Source: Tricharina praecox
Lineage: Eukaryota
Reading direction: 5' to 3'
Length of the DNA stretch: 64,000 nucleotides
Assembly: GCF_024521635.1 (NCBI RefSeq)
Contig: NW_026250417.1
Coordinates: 186,001 to 250,000, forward strand
A model generated the notes under the pieces. It saw nothing but the letters and a program-made list of their open reading frames with translations, made no database searches and had not been told where the DNA came from. A program made the translations under genes and the position numbers. Below are positions 16,346 through 29,439 of the stretch, one piece after another. How positions within the stretch are numbered: the first letter of the stretch is position 1; each line of letters begins with the position of its first letter.

Positions 16346-17134
16346 TTGTGAGATGATGAGGTCTTTCCTCCTGGCCATGCGAGAGTTGGAGTAATGAGGA
16401 CGACGTCGCTGTTGTTTCGCTTCTGTCGTTCATCTCTTCCGAGATGCTTCTATTCCTTCATTGCTTCTATTCTTTTGTTGCTTCTATTCTTTTGTTGCTT
16501 CTATTCTTTCGGTGCTTCTATTCTTTCGGTGCTTCTATTCTTTCGTTGCTTCTATTCTTCATTGCTGTACATCGACGATGAGGTCTTTCCTCCTGGCCAT
16601 GTGAGAGTTGGAGCAATGAGGACGATGTGGGCATGAGTTGTGGGAAGAAGGAGTTGACAGGGCCTTTTGTACTGGAAGATGGATGGAGCTGTACAATTGT
16701 AGCTTGCGGTCAGGCTCACAGTGGCGGACGAGTGGGAGTTTTATTTATTGCTGAATCATGATCATGGCCTGCACATTCTGTTTGTCCTGTATAAAGCTGA
16801 TAAGATTGGAATTTATGCGACTTCACGGTGTTTTGAGTAAACTACTCTACTCGAGTGATGTCTTCAAGATCTACTCTAGTTCTCCACACCTTGTATATAG
16901 GCTGTAGCTGCACATAGCGTCCCGCTGCTCGACCCTGCTAGCGCGCGCCGAAACTTTCCTCTTGCCTACTTCGCGCCCTGCTTGGAACATGAATTCTGTG
17001 CTACCCTCGAAATTTTATTTCCAAATCCACCCACCACCACCACCACCACCGTATTCTCCACGACGGTTCAATCCACCACTCACCACCCTCCCCCACCACC
17101 CTCCCCCCGCACCAAGAACAACAACAACAACACA

Positions 17135-18578
17135 ATGGCCTCAATAATCAACCCCGCGCGCATGGCGCTGATGGCGACGTCCGTGCCCGACTCGCCGGCA
17201 CCATCCTCGGCACCCCCAGGAGCAACAGAGCGAGCCGGCCGCAGCGGCCGCGGCGGAAAAAACGGCTGGCGCCAGGGAAAAGGCGGCCGCAGCGGCTGGA
17301 GGGGGAATAATGCCGGCGCCAGTGGTGAGAATAAACAGGCCCTGGGGAAGGTTAGGGATTTTGGGGCAAGGTGGATCGATGAAACTGCCGGTGAGGAAGG
17401 GACTGCTACGCCTGAAGAGCCCACGCCGGTGGTGAGTGGAGGGGTGAAGGAGGGTGGGGCAGTGATGGGTGCGGCAAGGGCGTCCAGGGCCGAGAAGAGG
17501 AAGTGGGGGGGTGATGAGGATTTCGTGAGTGCGCTCTGTGCTATGGGGAGGGGAGGGGGGGAGTGCGGGATTGGGCTGATTGAGGGAAACAAACAGAGCG
17601 CGAAATATAATGCGACCCTTGTGCAGTCCCTGGTTGGCGGCGAGTCGGATAAGAAGCGCCAGAAGTCTGAGCGGAAGGAGAAGGAGAAGGAGGCGAAGAA
17701 GGAGAAGAAGGAGAAGAAGGAGAAGAAGGAGAAGAAGGAGAAGAAGGAGAAGAAATCCACCACGCCTGCCGAGACTACCGCTTCGACTGAGGACAAGGAG
17801 AAGCTGCTTAAGGAGGAGAAGAAAGCGGCCCGAGCTGCAAAGAAGGCGGCGAAGAAGATGGAGGAGGAGTCGGCTACTGCTGAGAAAAAGGAGAAGAAGG
17901 ACAAGAAGGAGAAGAAGGGATCTAAGTCTGCTGAGCCGGAAGCTGAGAAGTTTAGCGAGGACGGTGAGAAGAAGGAAAAGAAGGATAAAAAGGAAAAGAA
18001 GGAGAAGAAGGAGAAAGTGAAGGAATCCGAGGATGACACAGCCGCCGAGAAGGTGGAGAAGAAGGACAAGAAGGAAAAGGACAAGAAGGACAAGAAGGAA
18101 AAGAAGGACAGCAAGCGCTCCAGGTTGGAAGCAGACAACACCGAGGTCAGTCTCAGCCATGTATAGTTATCGTTAAACAATCCGTCCTGATAATCTCCAG
18201 GACAAGCCGACTTCCAAGAAGGCCAAAAAATCCACAGCTACAGAAGACTTGGCATCCAAGGCAAAAGAGGTTAGCACAGGAACATTCTCACCAGCTTCCG
18301 TCGTGGTCAAATCTGATATCTCCTACTAGCAACCGATCCTAGCCAAATGGAATGCGGCCGAGCTCGCCGGAGGTGACCAGCGCCAAACCAAGTACCTACG
18401 ATTACTAGGTGCCGGCAAGGCAGGAAACCTCGCCGCAGCGGCAGCCACAGCCACCGCGAAGACGGGCGACAGCGGCACACCAATAAAGGGACGGGATGAA
18501 GAGCTCGAGAAGCAGTTCAACGCGGGTCTCAAGATGAAGACGGAGCCCAATGGCAAGCGGCGAGGATTGGGCGCATGA
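17135..18578 (+). CDS. Lys/Glu-rich protein with C-terminal small acidic protein (SMAP)-like domain, 3 exons
   Basis: KKEKKE repeats; introns 18146-18200 and 18270-18329. The last exon encodes WNAAELAGGDQRQTKYLRLLGAGK...ELEKQFNAG...KRRGLGA*. Confidence 0.8.
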
Positions 18579-18917
18579 AATATCATATCATGATGCCCTT
18601 GCACACATCACCTAGATAAAAAGTTTTGTATTGATGCTACTTTCGGGAGTGGCAGCAGCTCGATCTAGCTGCCGCTGTAATGTTTAAAAAACGCCTTTGA
18701 TAACCGAGCAACTACTGAAGTATAGTAGAAACCAATATCCAACCAGTAGTTTCCCCACGCAGTCCTGCAGCGCTTCCCCCCCGCCGTGTCCCATGTTGCG
18801 TATTGTGTTGTGTTGTGTTGTTGTGTTGTACAGCTCCAGCCAGTCATTACCGCCCATCCCCCCCCGCCGCGTAGCCCAGCCCAGCCCAGCCCAATCCCCC
18901 CGCGTGCGTGCGTGAGC

Positions 18918-19284
18918 TCAACCAAATCGCGACCAGATCAAACGGACGAACTCAAACAGCAGTCCGCCTCCAATGGCGAAGATCAGAAGAGCTGTAACAT
19001 CCCATTCGCATTAGCACCCACCCACCCACGCGCGCGCACGGGAAGGGGAGGGAGAACTCACTCAACCAGATCCCCGAGAGCTTGTTCTTGGCCGCTTTCT
19101 CGCGCTTGATGGCCTCTTCCGACTTGCCCATCTTCTTCTCTTGCAGCGCGGCGAACTTCTGGTTCGCTTTGCGTTGGCCGGGGGTTTGCACCTGCGTTCT
19201 TGTCAGCTATGTACGGCAGCTACGGGGGGCGCGCTCGGGGATGTCGGGCGGGTGAGAGGGTGAGGGGGTGAGAGGGCGGACCAT
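18918..19284 (-). CDS. YSY6: RAMP4/SERP1 (Ysy6-like) tail-anchored ER protein, 3 exons
   Basis: ATG-only first coding exon (19284-19282), intron to 19192 and a second intron at about 19061-18992. Product: MVQTPGQRKANQKFAALQEKKMGK...GIWLTLLIFAIGGGLLFEFVRLIWSRFG*. Confidence 0.85.
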
Positions 19285-19947
19285 TTTGATATTTGTATAT
19301 AGGGTGGTTGTTTGGGAATGCGGTGGGTGTGTTTTTTTCTTTCTTTTCTCGGGGAGGTCGAGCTGGAGGTCGAGCTGGAGAGTTGGTGATGTAGGTGCTT
19401 GGGTAGGTGCTTGGGGAGAGGTGAAGTTGAGGTTCAGGGACCGGACGTGGTTATTGTTCAGGGACCGGACGGCGGAGGTGGTTGTTGCTGGCGAGGAAAG
19501 TGGACACGGTACACAAGATTACAGGTGACAGATGCTTGGACCACAGGGTGCGCAATACATGGCAGCTTACTCTTCCTACCTTTATTCTGCTATGTACGCG
19601 TACGGTCGAATCTCCCTTTTGCCAAAAATGGAGGCGGAGTATAGGCGCATCTCCCACATGCCAGTACTATGCACAGCCCGTATCGAACGAAATGGCAGTC
19701 TGGCCATCTCCGACGCCGTTCATTCAAGGCTGCAACTCGGGTTTCGAGACTGCATGTATGCATCACAGAGATCCCACTCGCGCCGCGCCGGAAGTTGCCG
19801 AATCACGAATCCTCGTGCAACCTTGTTCGCTTCCGCACTGCATCTCCGTTCACACGTTCACACAAGCCACCGCCCGCCCCCGGCCCTCCCATCTTCTCCG
19901 CAACACGAACGTACGCACCCCCGCGACCACCATCCATCGTCGCCGCA

Positions 19948-20368
19948 ATGTTTCCACGCCGCCTCACAGCTTCCCTATCCCGCCGCCGCGCATACTCCAC
20001 CCCCGCGCCCGCCGCACCACCACCACCACCACCACCGCCGAAACCCGTTTCACCGCATGCACGTCTCCCCTCCCCCCATCTCTTCCCCCCCACCACCACC
20101 GCCACCCCTGCTGACGGCTCAAAGGTCAATGTGTACAAAGAGTTTGGTCGGCCATTCGCGAAGGTGTTCTTGATGGGGATATTTACGTACCAGGTGCTCT
20201 ACTGGACCTGGATGAAGATGGAGAAGGATGAGGAGAAGAGGGAGAAGAACGGTATGCTACCCCGCCGTCGATGAGGATGAGGGTGGGAAGGGTGGTTGAT
20301 GTTCCGCAGCGGTGATCGAGACGCTGCAGAAGGAGGTGGAGAGGTTGAAGCCCACCGCGGGGAAATAG
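19948..20368 (+). CDS. Small mitochondrial inner-membrane protein, Ina17-like
   Basis: Presequence-like MFPRRLTASLSRRRAYST, then YKEFGRPFAKVFLMGIFTYQVLYWTWMK and a coiled-coil tail. Introns at about 20047-20123 and 20252-20309. Confidence 0.65.
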
Positions 20369-20975
20369 TAGTGGGAGGAGCGGAGGGAGAGGGGGATGGG
20401 AGGTGGGGGAAGATACCGGTATATCTGACGGGGTGGCAGCTGTATGATACCTACGTAGGGAATTGTTACGATTAGAGAGTGCGCAGACGCAGGTGCAGAG
20501 GCGCGGGCGCGGACATGTCCATAACTGGCATTCCAGAATGCGGCTTCGGGGACGCGCTGAGATCTATGTAGAAGCTCAAGAAGCTGAAGAAGCATATCTG
20601 ACATTGCCGGCACCCGCCGCTGACTGGTGGAGGATCTTTTTCTGCTTGTGCGACACGACACGGCGGGACCTCGGTTCTCCCCATGACGTAGCGCGTTTGG
20701 GGTATGAAACTGGGGCGGCAGAGCGGCGGCAAAAAACGAAGAAGAGCGAGTGGAATTCAGCCAGGCCAGAATGTGAGCCAAAACCGGACCGGACCTAGGT
20801 ACTTTTCCTTTTCTAGCCCGGCGATCAATGCGGAGCACTAGGTATCATACCTGCTAGTAGAATACGATAAAACACTGGGTGGGATATCTATACTTTAATT
20901 CCTGCTTGCCCGCTTTCCCTTCCCTCACCTCTGACGACGACGACGAACAAAGACGAGCCAGGAGGAACAGGAACC

Positions 20976-23091
20976 ATGAGTTACAGCGCAACAATAACGC
21001 CGTCGCCCACGCCGCGTCCGGACCAGCAGCGCGGCCGCGGCTTGTCCTTCATGCCACTGCAGGAACCCGAACTGCTGTACTCGCGCAACCACCTTCCGGG
21101 ACTCTTGCTGCAGACCGCAACCAACAGCGACGAGGACCTCCTCCAGAGCCAGCACCTGCGCCGCCAGGCGGCCGCGTTCAATAATCCCCACATGCGATAC
21201 ATGCGCCTCATAGGCGACAATAATCCGCGGTACCAATGGGAGCAGTATCGCAAAAGCCCCGAGGAGGTGAAGGGGATGAAGAAGCCGCTGTTAGTTTTTT
21301 CCACAGACCGAGGCGGGCGAACAAGGGTGGGGGTCCGACGATAGGGCTGACGAGCGTGGTTATTGTGCGCGCACGCAGGAGGGAGTACTACGAGAGGAAC
21401 AATTCGTTGATCGATCAATACATCTACATCGACAAGCTGCTCGATTCGACGCTACCGAGGGATCTGCTGCAAACGTACCATGACAACCACGATGTGAGTG
21501 TGCGCCGCGCCGATCGTTCCAATTCCGATCGATGCCAACTGTGTTAGCTGGAAACTGTCAACGAGGGTCTGCGCTCCCCGCAAAGCGCGCGGAGTGGTGG
21601 CGATGGTGGTGGATACACGGACGCCTACGGGTCCACCGATTCCCTGACGGAGCTCCTCCGAGTGCAAGCGCCCCGACCTCTCGCTCCCCAGCGAAAACGC
21701 CCTAGCTACATCTACAGGATCGCAGACGAGGAATCGCCATTGCTCCAAGGAGAGGCCAATGGCGGCGGCGGCGGAGGCTCCGAAGAATCGCAAGCTAGCA
21801 TCGTGTAAGTTTCGGTGTGTCGGGCGCTGGCGTGCGCGCGAAAGAAGGCCTCTCTATCCTCTACTCGGCTGCACTGAAATTGACTCCCGTCCGGGTGCGG
21901 AACAAAAGGAAAACCGCCATCTATATCAACTTCACGGCGAATGGGGTGTTGTTGGTCGCCAAGTTGTTGGTAGCCCTGTTGACGAATTCGTTGTCTGTGC
22001 TTGCGAGTTTGGTGGATGGTTGGGACTACTCTTTTTTCTTCTTTCTGTTGTCCATGTCGGTACCTGAAGGCGGATAACTGATAGATGCATTTAGGCGTCT
22101 TGGATTTCCTCTCGACGGTGATTGTTACCACCACGGCAAGGTGAGTCAGTGCGCACTGGACATCGCTCGCACTATCACTGACTTGCGTAGATTGATGCGC
22201 CGAAAAGACTCCTACACCTGTTCATTCCCCCTCGATGACCCAGTCTTCTACTGCTCGGCTACTGATAGCCGTGGGAATAGATCCTATCGGCCGTTCCCGC
22301 CTCGAGCCCCTCGGAGTCCTTGTGTTCTCGGTCATCATGGTCACCTCCTTCGTTCAAGTGGGCATCACGGCGCTACAGCGTCTATTCGGTCCCGAGCGCA
22401 CAGTGGTCACTGTCGGACCCACCGCAATAGCAATCATGGCTAGCACCGTCGTCGTCAAGGGCGCCTGCTACTTCTGGTGTCGACTGATCCGAAATTCATC
22501 AGTGCAAGCACTTGCGGAGGACGCATTCACCGATGGTACCCGCTCCCCGCCCCTCTATCTCCACCACTCATCAGTTATGCTCATCCTGCCGCAGTTATAT
22601 TTAACTTCTTCTCCATCATCTTCCCGCTCCTCGGTAGTTTCACCGGCCAATGGTACCTGGACTCCCTCGGCGGTCTCCTCCTGTCCATCTACGTCGTGAT
22701 CGCGTGGGTGCGCATATCCAAAGGGCACATCAAGAACCTTACGGGAGCCGCCGCGTCCGCCGACCAACGCAACGTGCTCCTCTACGTCACTATGCGCTTT
22801 GCGCGGAGTATCCGACAGATCACGAGCGTGCATGCATATCATGCGGGCGACAAGCTCAACGTCGAGGTCGATATCGTCTTGGATGATGAACTCGGCCTGA
22901 GAGACTCGCACGATCTCGGAGAGTGTCTGCAGTATACCCTCGAGAGTCTGCCGACTGTCGAGAGGGCTTTGTGAGTTCCTCCGTGACGAGTGCGTGACGA
23001 CTGCGTAAGATGGGTTGACTAATGATGATGATGATGCGGAAGTGTCCATTTGGATTACGACTCTAGGAACCCGCCGGGCCATTTGCGGTAG
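20976..23091 (+). CDS. Cation diffusion facilitator, Mn-CDF (MTP8-11-like) subgroup, multi-exon
   Basis: REYYERNN, ASLVDGVLDFLS (TM2 DxxxD), YPIGRSRLEPLG, ALAEDAFTD (TM5 DxxxD), AYHAGDKLNVEVDIV, DSHDLGE and ERAFVHLDY. Confidence 0.9.
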
Positions 23092-24733
23092 GGAATATAC
23101 TGTGTGTGTGCATGTGTGGGAAATAGTTTTCGTATTTATGGCGGGTTTTTGGGTACCGGAACTTGGAAGAGTCATTTGGATGGCTTTAATTTGTACGTGT
23201 TATACTTGTCGGATTAGAGTAGGCGGAGTAGCGATACCAGGAGAGCTCTAGGTAGAAGAATAGAGGATCAGAATACCTTGTAATCCTCAATGTTGGAATT
23301 GAGAGAAGAACTTGACTTGATTGATATATTAATACGAGAAACATGAGAAAGAAGACTGCTTATAAAGAGAAACGAGCTCGTGTAGACGACGAGGAAGCCG
23401 GGCCTCAGGCAGATGATGCGACAATAGTCGTCGCCGTATAGTCGTCGGCGGACTGGGCTGGTGGCTTGAAGGCTTTCAGTTGACGAGGCTGATTCTAATG
23501 AGAAGCCGCAGACAATGCTAAGCAGCCACAAAGGAAATGAGGTCAGTATGCAAAGGACAGTGGAAAGTAGCCGTGACACCGGAACAGGTGGTAATAGGAC
23601 GCATAGTATCAACACCCAATTCTCGCTCTCGAGCGAGTGACTCGCTATGTAGAGTACCATGCACCCCTCCTCGCATCGGCCCGCCCCACTATGTACTATA
23701 GAAATGATCGCTGCAATCGAGCCGATCGGCAGCAGCCTTGTCCGTTCGCAAACCGGGAAGTTGGAACGCCCTCCGCTGCCAAGATTCGTAGATTCGAGTG
23801 CCGGTTCGGAAACTGACGGCGACTCTAGATACTCTTGCTTTTCAAAAGAGCAAGGACAACGCGCGAAGGGAGCAGGGCCGCTGTGCTCTGGAATCTCTAA
23901 TATACTTTGCGGGTCATTTATTCGTTTGAGGTACCTGAAGCATCTTTTCAGCGCATATGCAGGGTCCACGTATCGATATACTCTATAGCAACTCTAGCAA
24001 CTCTAGTATGTAACTCTACACACTCCGAAGCAAGTGTCGCCGGTCGGAGAGTTTGAGGTTCGAAATCCTATGCGAACAGGTTTTAGCGCGGTTCTAGACA
24101 GTTCCTGCCCAGTGCCAGCGTCGAGCGGCGAGCGATCGCCGGCCAGCAACGGCGCCGGATGGGACCCCCACACGGGGGGCCACGGCCACAGCCACCGGGT
24201 CGTGGTGGTCTCCACACACCGAGCTGGAGCGTGCTACAGGTTTACAGTTTTCGTCGCTACACACGGGTTGGGTATTTGAGTTGAGTTCCGCTGCTCGCTC
24301 GGCTGTCGCGCTGCTGGCGTCGCGGTACTCTACAGTCATCGCGGGCGTCGCGGGGGGAGGAGGGTGGCCGGGACCTTGGATTCGGGAGGATAAGAGCTCG
24401 CCAGTTACGTACCGATGAGATAGGCAGAGGCAGTGTGTGATCCTGCCTTCACATCCCAGCAAAGCTTGGCCCGCATTAGTGTAGCTGAGATTCACGGCGC
24501 AAACAACCGTGCTCCCTCCCTTATATCCTCCAGCTACGCTACCTATCGACCAATCTTCGCTATGCTTCGTTGTCGTTGCTACCAGTACCAGTACCCGCAC
24601 ACGTACCAGGACCCGGACACGTACCCGGACACGTACCCGGACACGGACACGATCGTGACTACCTAGACACCCGAGACCGAGATCGACACCGTACCCGAGA
24701 CCGAGACCGAGACCGAGAGATTCATTAGCCCGC

Positions 24734-27700
24734 ATGAACGTCGTCGTCGACGAAGAGAGTGTGACGCGCCGCCGCGAGGCTCCGCGCGGGTGGATGCGAT
24801 GGCGCGGTAGGAAGAAGGCGTCGCCGACGGCTGGCGCGCAGAACGGGGTGGGCGTGGGTGGCGGAGCGGCGGCAGAGAAGGCGGCCGGCGCGAAGGCGAA
24901 GAAGTTGGGGACTTTTAGTGGGGTATTTACCAACAGCCCCCCCCCCCCCCCCCCTCCCCGGCGGGGGCGTTGTGAAGGGATTGGGGATTGGCAGATGATG
25001 GAAGGTGGCTTACGCGCCGTGGCAGGTCTGGGTGCCGACTACGCTTAATGTCTTGAGGTATGGATTGGATGGGATGGGATTGGATGGGGAAATGGGGGGA
25101 TGGGGATTGCGTGCTGATGGTGACGGCGGTGATAGTATCCTGATGTTCCTGCGCTTCGGGTTTATTCTTGGGCAGGGAGGAGTGCTGGGGATGATGGGTA
25201 TGTGCACCGTGTGTGCCCCGGCTGTGGACTTTGCTGAATGATTGTTTGTGTGTGCGCAGCGATGCTCATAATCAGGTCTTTCCCTCATGCGATAGCACGA
25301 TAGCAGGCGTACGGCGAGACTGACGTTCGCAAAGCTACATCATCAATTTGATCACAACTCTCTCGGTCTCTGCGATTTCCTCCAACGGCACCGTTCGCGG
25401 CGGCGGCGCATACTACCTCATCTCGCGATCTCTCGGACCCGAATTCGGCGGAAGCATTGGCCTCGTGTTCTACCTGGGATTTGTCTTCAATACCGGCATG
25501 AACGCGGTCGGATTGGTCGACTGTATCGTCAACAACTTTGGGGAGTTGTCGGGCACGGTGACTGGGGGTATACCCGAGTCGTATGTGAGTAGTACGACCA
25601 ACGACGTCATGCGACAGGGAATGGTGAGAGAAGTGCAATATGCTGAGAGGAGGTTTTGTAGTGGTATCGATATCTGTACGGCACGGTCGTTCTGCTGGTT
25701 TGCACCGGTGTCTGCCTGCTGGGGTCGGGTATGTTCTCGAGGGCTTCGACGATGCTGCTCGTGATATTACTTGTGGCGACGTTCTCGATTCCGATCTCGG
25801 CGCTTTTCGTGGGCCCGTTTGAGGATACCTCCGGGATTGTTTATACTGGCATCTCGATGGATACGCTGAAGGAGAACCTCATGCCTCGATTTACCAAGGG
25901 AGCGGCTGGGAGTGATAGTAAGGAGAAGTGGGTCGCAATCCCGATGTTATGACCTGGATAATGCCTAACAGACTGTTGTAGGGAGAACTGGCAGAATCTA
26001 TTCGGCATCCTGTTCCCAGCGACGGCCGGAATCTTTGCAGGAGCCAGCATGAGCGGCGATCTTAGGAATCCGAGCAAGTCCATTCCAAAGGGCACTCTAC
26101 ACGGTCTTCTGTTCACATTCGTGGCATACACACTGGTGATCCTCGCCATGGGCGCCACCATCTCAAGAGAAACATTGTATACGAACACAAACGTCATCCA
26201 AGGTGTAGGTTCCATTAAGCCCCGGCCCCTTCTCCCATCCACATCCTATTGACAGGCAACCGCGGCCCGTGCCAGATCAATGCCTCGCCGCCAATCATCC
26301 TCATGGGCGAATTCGCGACATCCTTCTTCTCCGCCCTGATGGGCGTCATCGGTTCCGCAAAATCTTTGCAGGCTCTGGCCAGAGATAATATCTTTCCGGG
26401 GCTCTCGATATTCGGCCAGGGGACGAAATCCAGCGACGATCCTACATATGCCATCTTCTTCACCTTTCTCCTCTCGCAACTGACACTGTTTATGAATATC
26501 AACTCTATCGCTAGCTTTGTGACTATGACTTACCTCATCACCTTCTGGGTTACTAATTTTGCGTGTTTCCTCCTCAAGATCGGGAGTGCGCCGAACTTTC
26601 GGCCGACTTTTAAGTTGGTCACCTAGAGCGGGCGGTGCGATCGGCAATGATGCTGATACTTTGGTTGGCAGGTTCTTTACTTGGTGGACGGCCGCTGTTG
26701 GAGCACTGATAAGTGTTGCGACGATGTTTTTCGTGTGTACCCAAGGGTAATCACCGGTTCCTGGCTAGTAGCTGACAGCCTTGTCTTGATAGGTTGATGG
26801 TACCTATGCCTCGGGAGTCATCGGGATGATTTTGTTCTTGTTCTTGATTATCCATTACTTTACTCCCCCGAAGCCCTGGGGCGATGTGTCGCAAAGGTAC
26901 GGTAGTCGAATCTTTCTGCTCGTATCAATGCTGACCGGCGTAGCTTGATCTACCACCAAGTGCGGAAGTACCTGCTCAGATTGAGGACTGAGCACGTGAA
27001 GTTCTGGCGGCCACAGATCCTGCTACTGGTCAACGACCCCCGGCGATCCTGGAAACTGATCCAGTTCTGCAACGCCATGAAAAAAGGAGGACTCTACATT
27101 CTCGGGCACATAGTAGTCACCGCAGAATTCCAGGATTCCTTTCAAGAAGTCAAGCGGCAGCAGAGCGCGTGGATGAAATACATTGATTTCTCCAGGATCA
27201 AGGCTTTCCCGCAGGTCTCCATTGCACCCACCGTCGAATGGGGTGCGAGGAATATTGTTCTCTCTGCTGGGCTCGGCGGAATGAGACCGAATATTACCGT
27301 GATGGGATTCTTTAATATTCAGGAATACCGCGATTCCAGGCCGCTGATTGATCTAAACACGCCTGGCTCGAGCCTGAGCAAATCTGGAGCTCATCGTCAG
27401 CGGAAGCAGAGACATGATCTGCAGGATCAGCTGCCGACTGATAGTATGCGCCCTGAGTCTGCGGTTGACCCAAAGAGCTATGTCAATATCTTGGAGGACC
27501 TGCTGCTTTGCTTGCAAATGAATGTGGCTGTGGCGAAGGGATTTGAGGACCTGGAGCTTCCGAGCGAAGCTTCGGAGAAGAAGTACATTGATCTCTGGCC
27601 GATTCGTGAGTACATACGCCTACGTGTGGTATTTACGGGGCTGACAATGGAGTAGAAATGTCTGCTGAGATCCAAGATGATACGAGCGGGAATATCACCA

Positions 27701-29072
27701 CCACCAACTTTGACACCTACACTCTCATCCTCCAGCTGGGGTGCATCCTGAACACCGTCAGGACGTGGAAGAAAGCGTACAAACTCCGCATCATAGTATT
27801 CGTGGAATACGAAACCGACGTAGCGGAAGAAAGCGATCGTGTCAAGAAGCTTCTCGAAAATCTCCGGATTCAAGCCGACGTGATCGTTGCGTGGCTCGCT
27901 AACGGATCTTTGAGAACGTACGAAATCATCGTTAATGGTGCCGACCCTGGCATACCCGGCGACGAGCGCATCGAGAGAATTCTTGGGCAGGAGGCGTGGT
28001 GGTCGGAGTTGCGAGACCGCCGGCGAAATCCGCAGGATGATACGCCTGCTGTGCAGATCCGGGGAGTCAATGAGCTGATGGGTGATGGTATGTGGCCGGG
28101 AAGCAGCTTCCAACAGCTGGGAAGGACGGATTCGTCGCCTATGCACCGACTGGGCCTCAAGAGGCTCCGCAAGGCGACGAAGCGGCATTCCATCTCCGGA
28201 CTTGCGATGATGGGGCTGTCGGTGTCTTTCAACATGAGGACGCAACGTTTGAATCCCGATGCCCTCCTGGGAGGGTCGGCGTCCGAGGAATCCAGCGACG
28301 ACGAGTCATCGGTCGTCAGTAGCGCTGCCAGTGAGAATGACGCCGATGAATTCGACGACGACGACAGAATTGCTTGGAATCTAGGCAGGCCTCGGCGTGC
28401 TAGCGCTGGTGCTGCGTTGACTTCGAGAGAGACGCAGACGCTCAGGCAGAAAGCAGACAGCATGAAGTTCACGAGCGAAGCACCCACCGCTCCTAGTACT
28501 TTTCCCACCACTTCTCTCATCACCGCTCCCACTGCCATTCCCGCCACCGCTCCCACCGCCGGCGATCCAGCCCTACTAGGGGCCAAACTCAACCCGTCAC
28601 TGGCCAGACTGAAGCTGATATCCCGTCCGTCATCCCCCAGTTTCTCGTCTAGGGCGATTCCGGATACGCAGCTTGCCGTCGATGACGGTCCAGGCCCTAG
28701 CATCAGGTTCGCCACCCCCGACTCACCCGTGCCCGTGCCAGCCGGCAATGTTGAGTCGCCTATTGGAGCTATTCCTGCGCTCTCTTTCAATGATCTGCCG
28801 TCTCGCGGACAGCATCTCATCCTGAACGAGCTTATGCAACGGTACTCGGTTGATACGGCGGTGCTGTTTACTACGCTCCCGTCACCCCCGCCGAATAGTT
28901 GTAAGAATGAGCAGGAGTCTATGTCGTATCTGGAGGGCTTGGAGGTATGCTTCACATCCACGTTCCCCCTACTATAGCGGTGGGCTAATATTACTCACAG
29001 CTGTTGACCGAGGACCTACCACCGACGTTGCTGGTGCACAGTAATTCTTTGTGCGTGACAACGTCTTTGTAA
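24734..29072 (+). CDS. VHC1: Cation-chloride cotransporter (SLC12 family, Vhc1-like), many exons
   Basis: KKLGTFSGVWVPTTLNVLSILMFLRFGFILGQ, SAISSNGTVRGGGAYYLISRSLGPEFGGSIG, FPATAGIFAGASMSGDL and HVKFWRPQIL; ends LVHSNSLCVTTSL*. Includes a 16-nt micro-exon at 25260-25275. The start codon is less certain. Confidence 0.9.
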
Positions 29073-29439
29073 ACTCTTGAGAAAGAGTAGAAGTATTTTA
29101 AATTGATTCCCCCCCTTTGTCTGTGTACTGCTAGCGGTCTGCGGCGTTTGTACTGCTCTTTCTTGTTTCTGTTGTGGTCATACATACCCGTAGAATAGAA
29201 TGGATCTTATCTGATGACATGTGTGGCGATACCTATCATGAATCATGACGTCCCGCGCTGAGTTGGCCTTCGACTAACCATGACCCTTGCATAACCGTCC
29301 CGATCGCGTTTCCGACCGTTGTGCCACCTCCGCCGGCCAGCACCGGCGGTGGGGGCGCGATATTGTCGACGGCTCGAAGCGAGTATAATAGCTGCCGCCA
29401 CAGCTCTTGAATTACATCAAGATAACTACCGTAGTGATC

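Noticed and set aside
23268..23988. Overlapping ORFs between the CDF and VHC1 genes
   Set aside because: No recognisable domain, TIR or splice structure; possibly degenerate repeat DNA, but unsupported.
24020..24080. GGTTCGAAATCC, resembling a tRNA T-loop or B-box
   Set aside because: I could not build an acceptor, D or anticodon stem around it.
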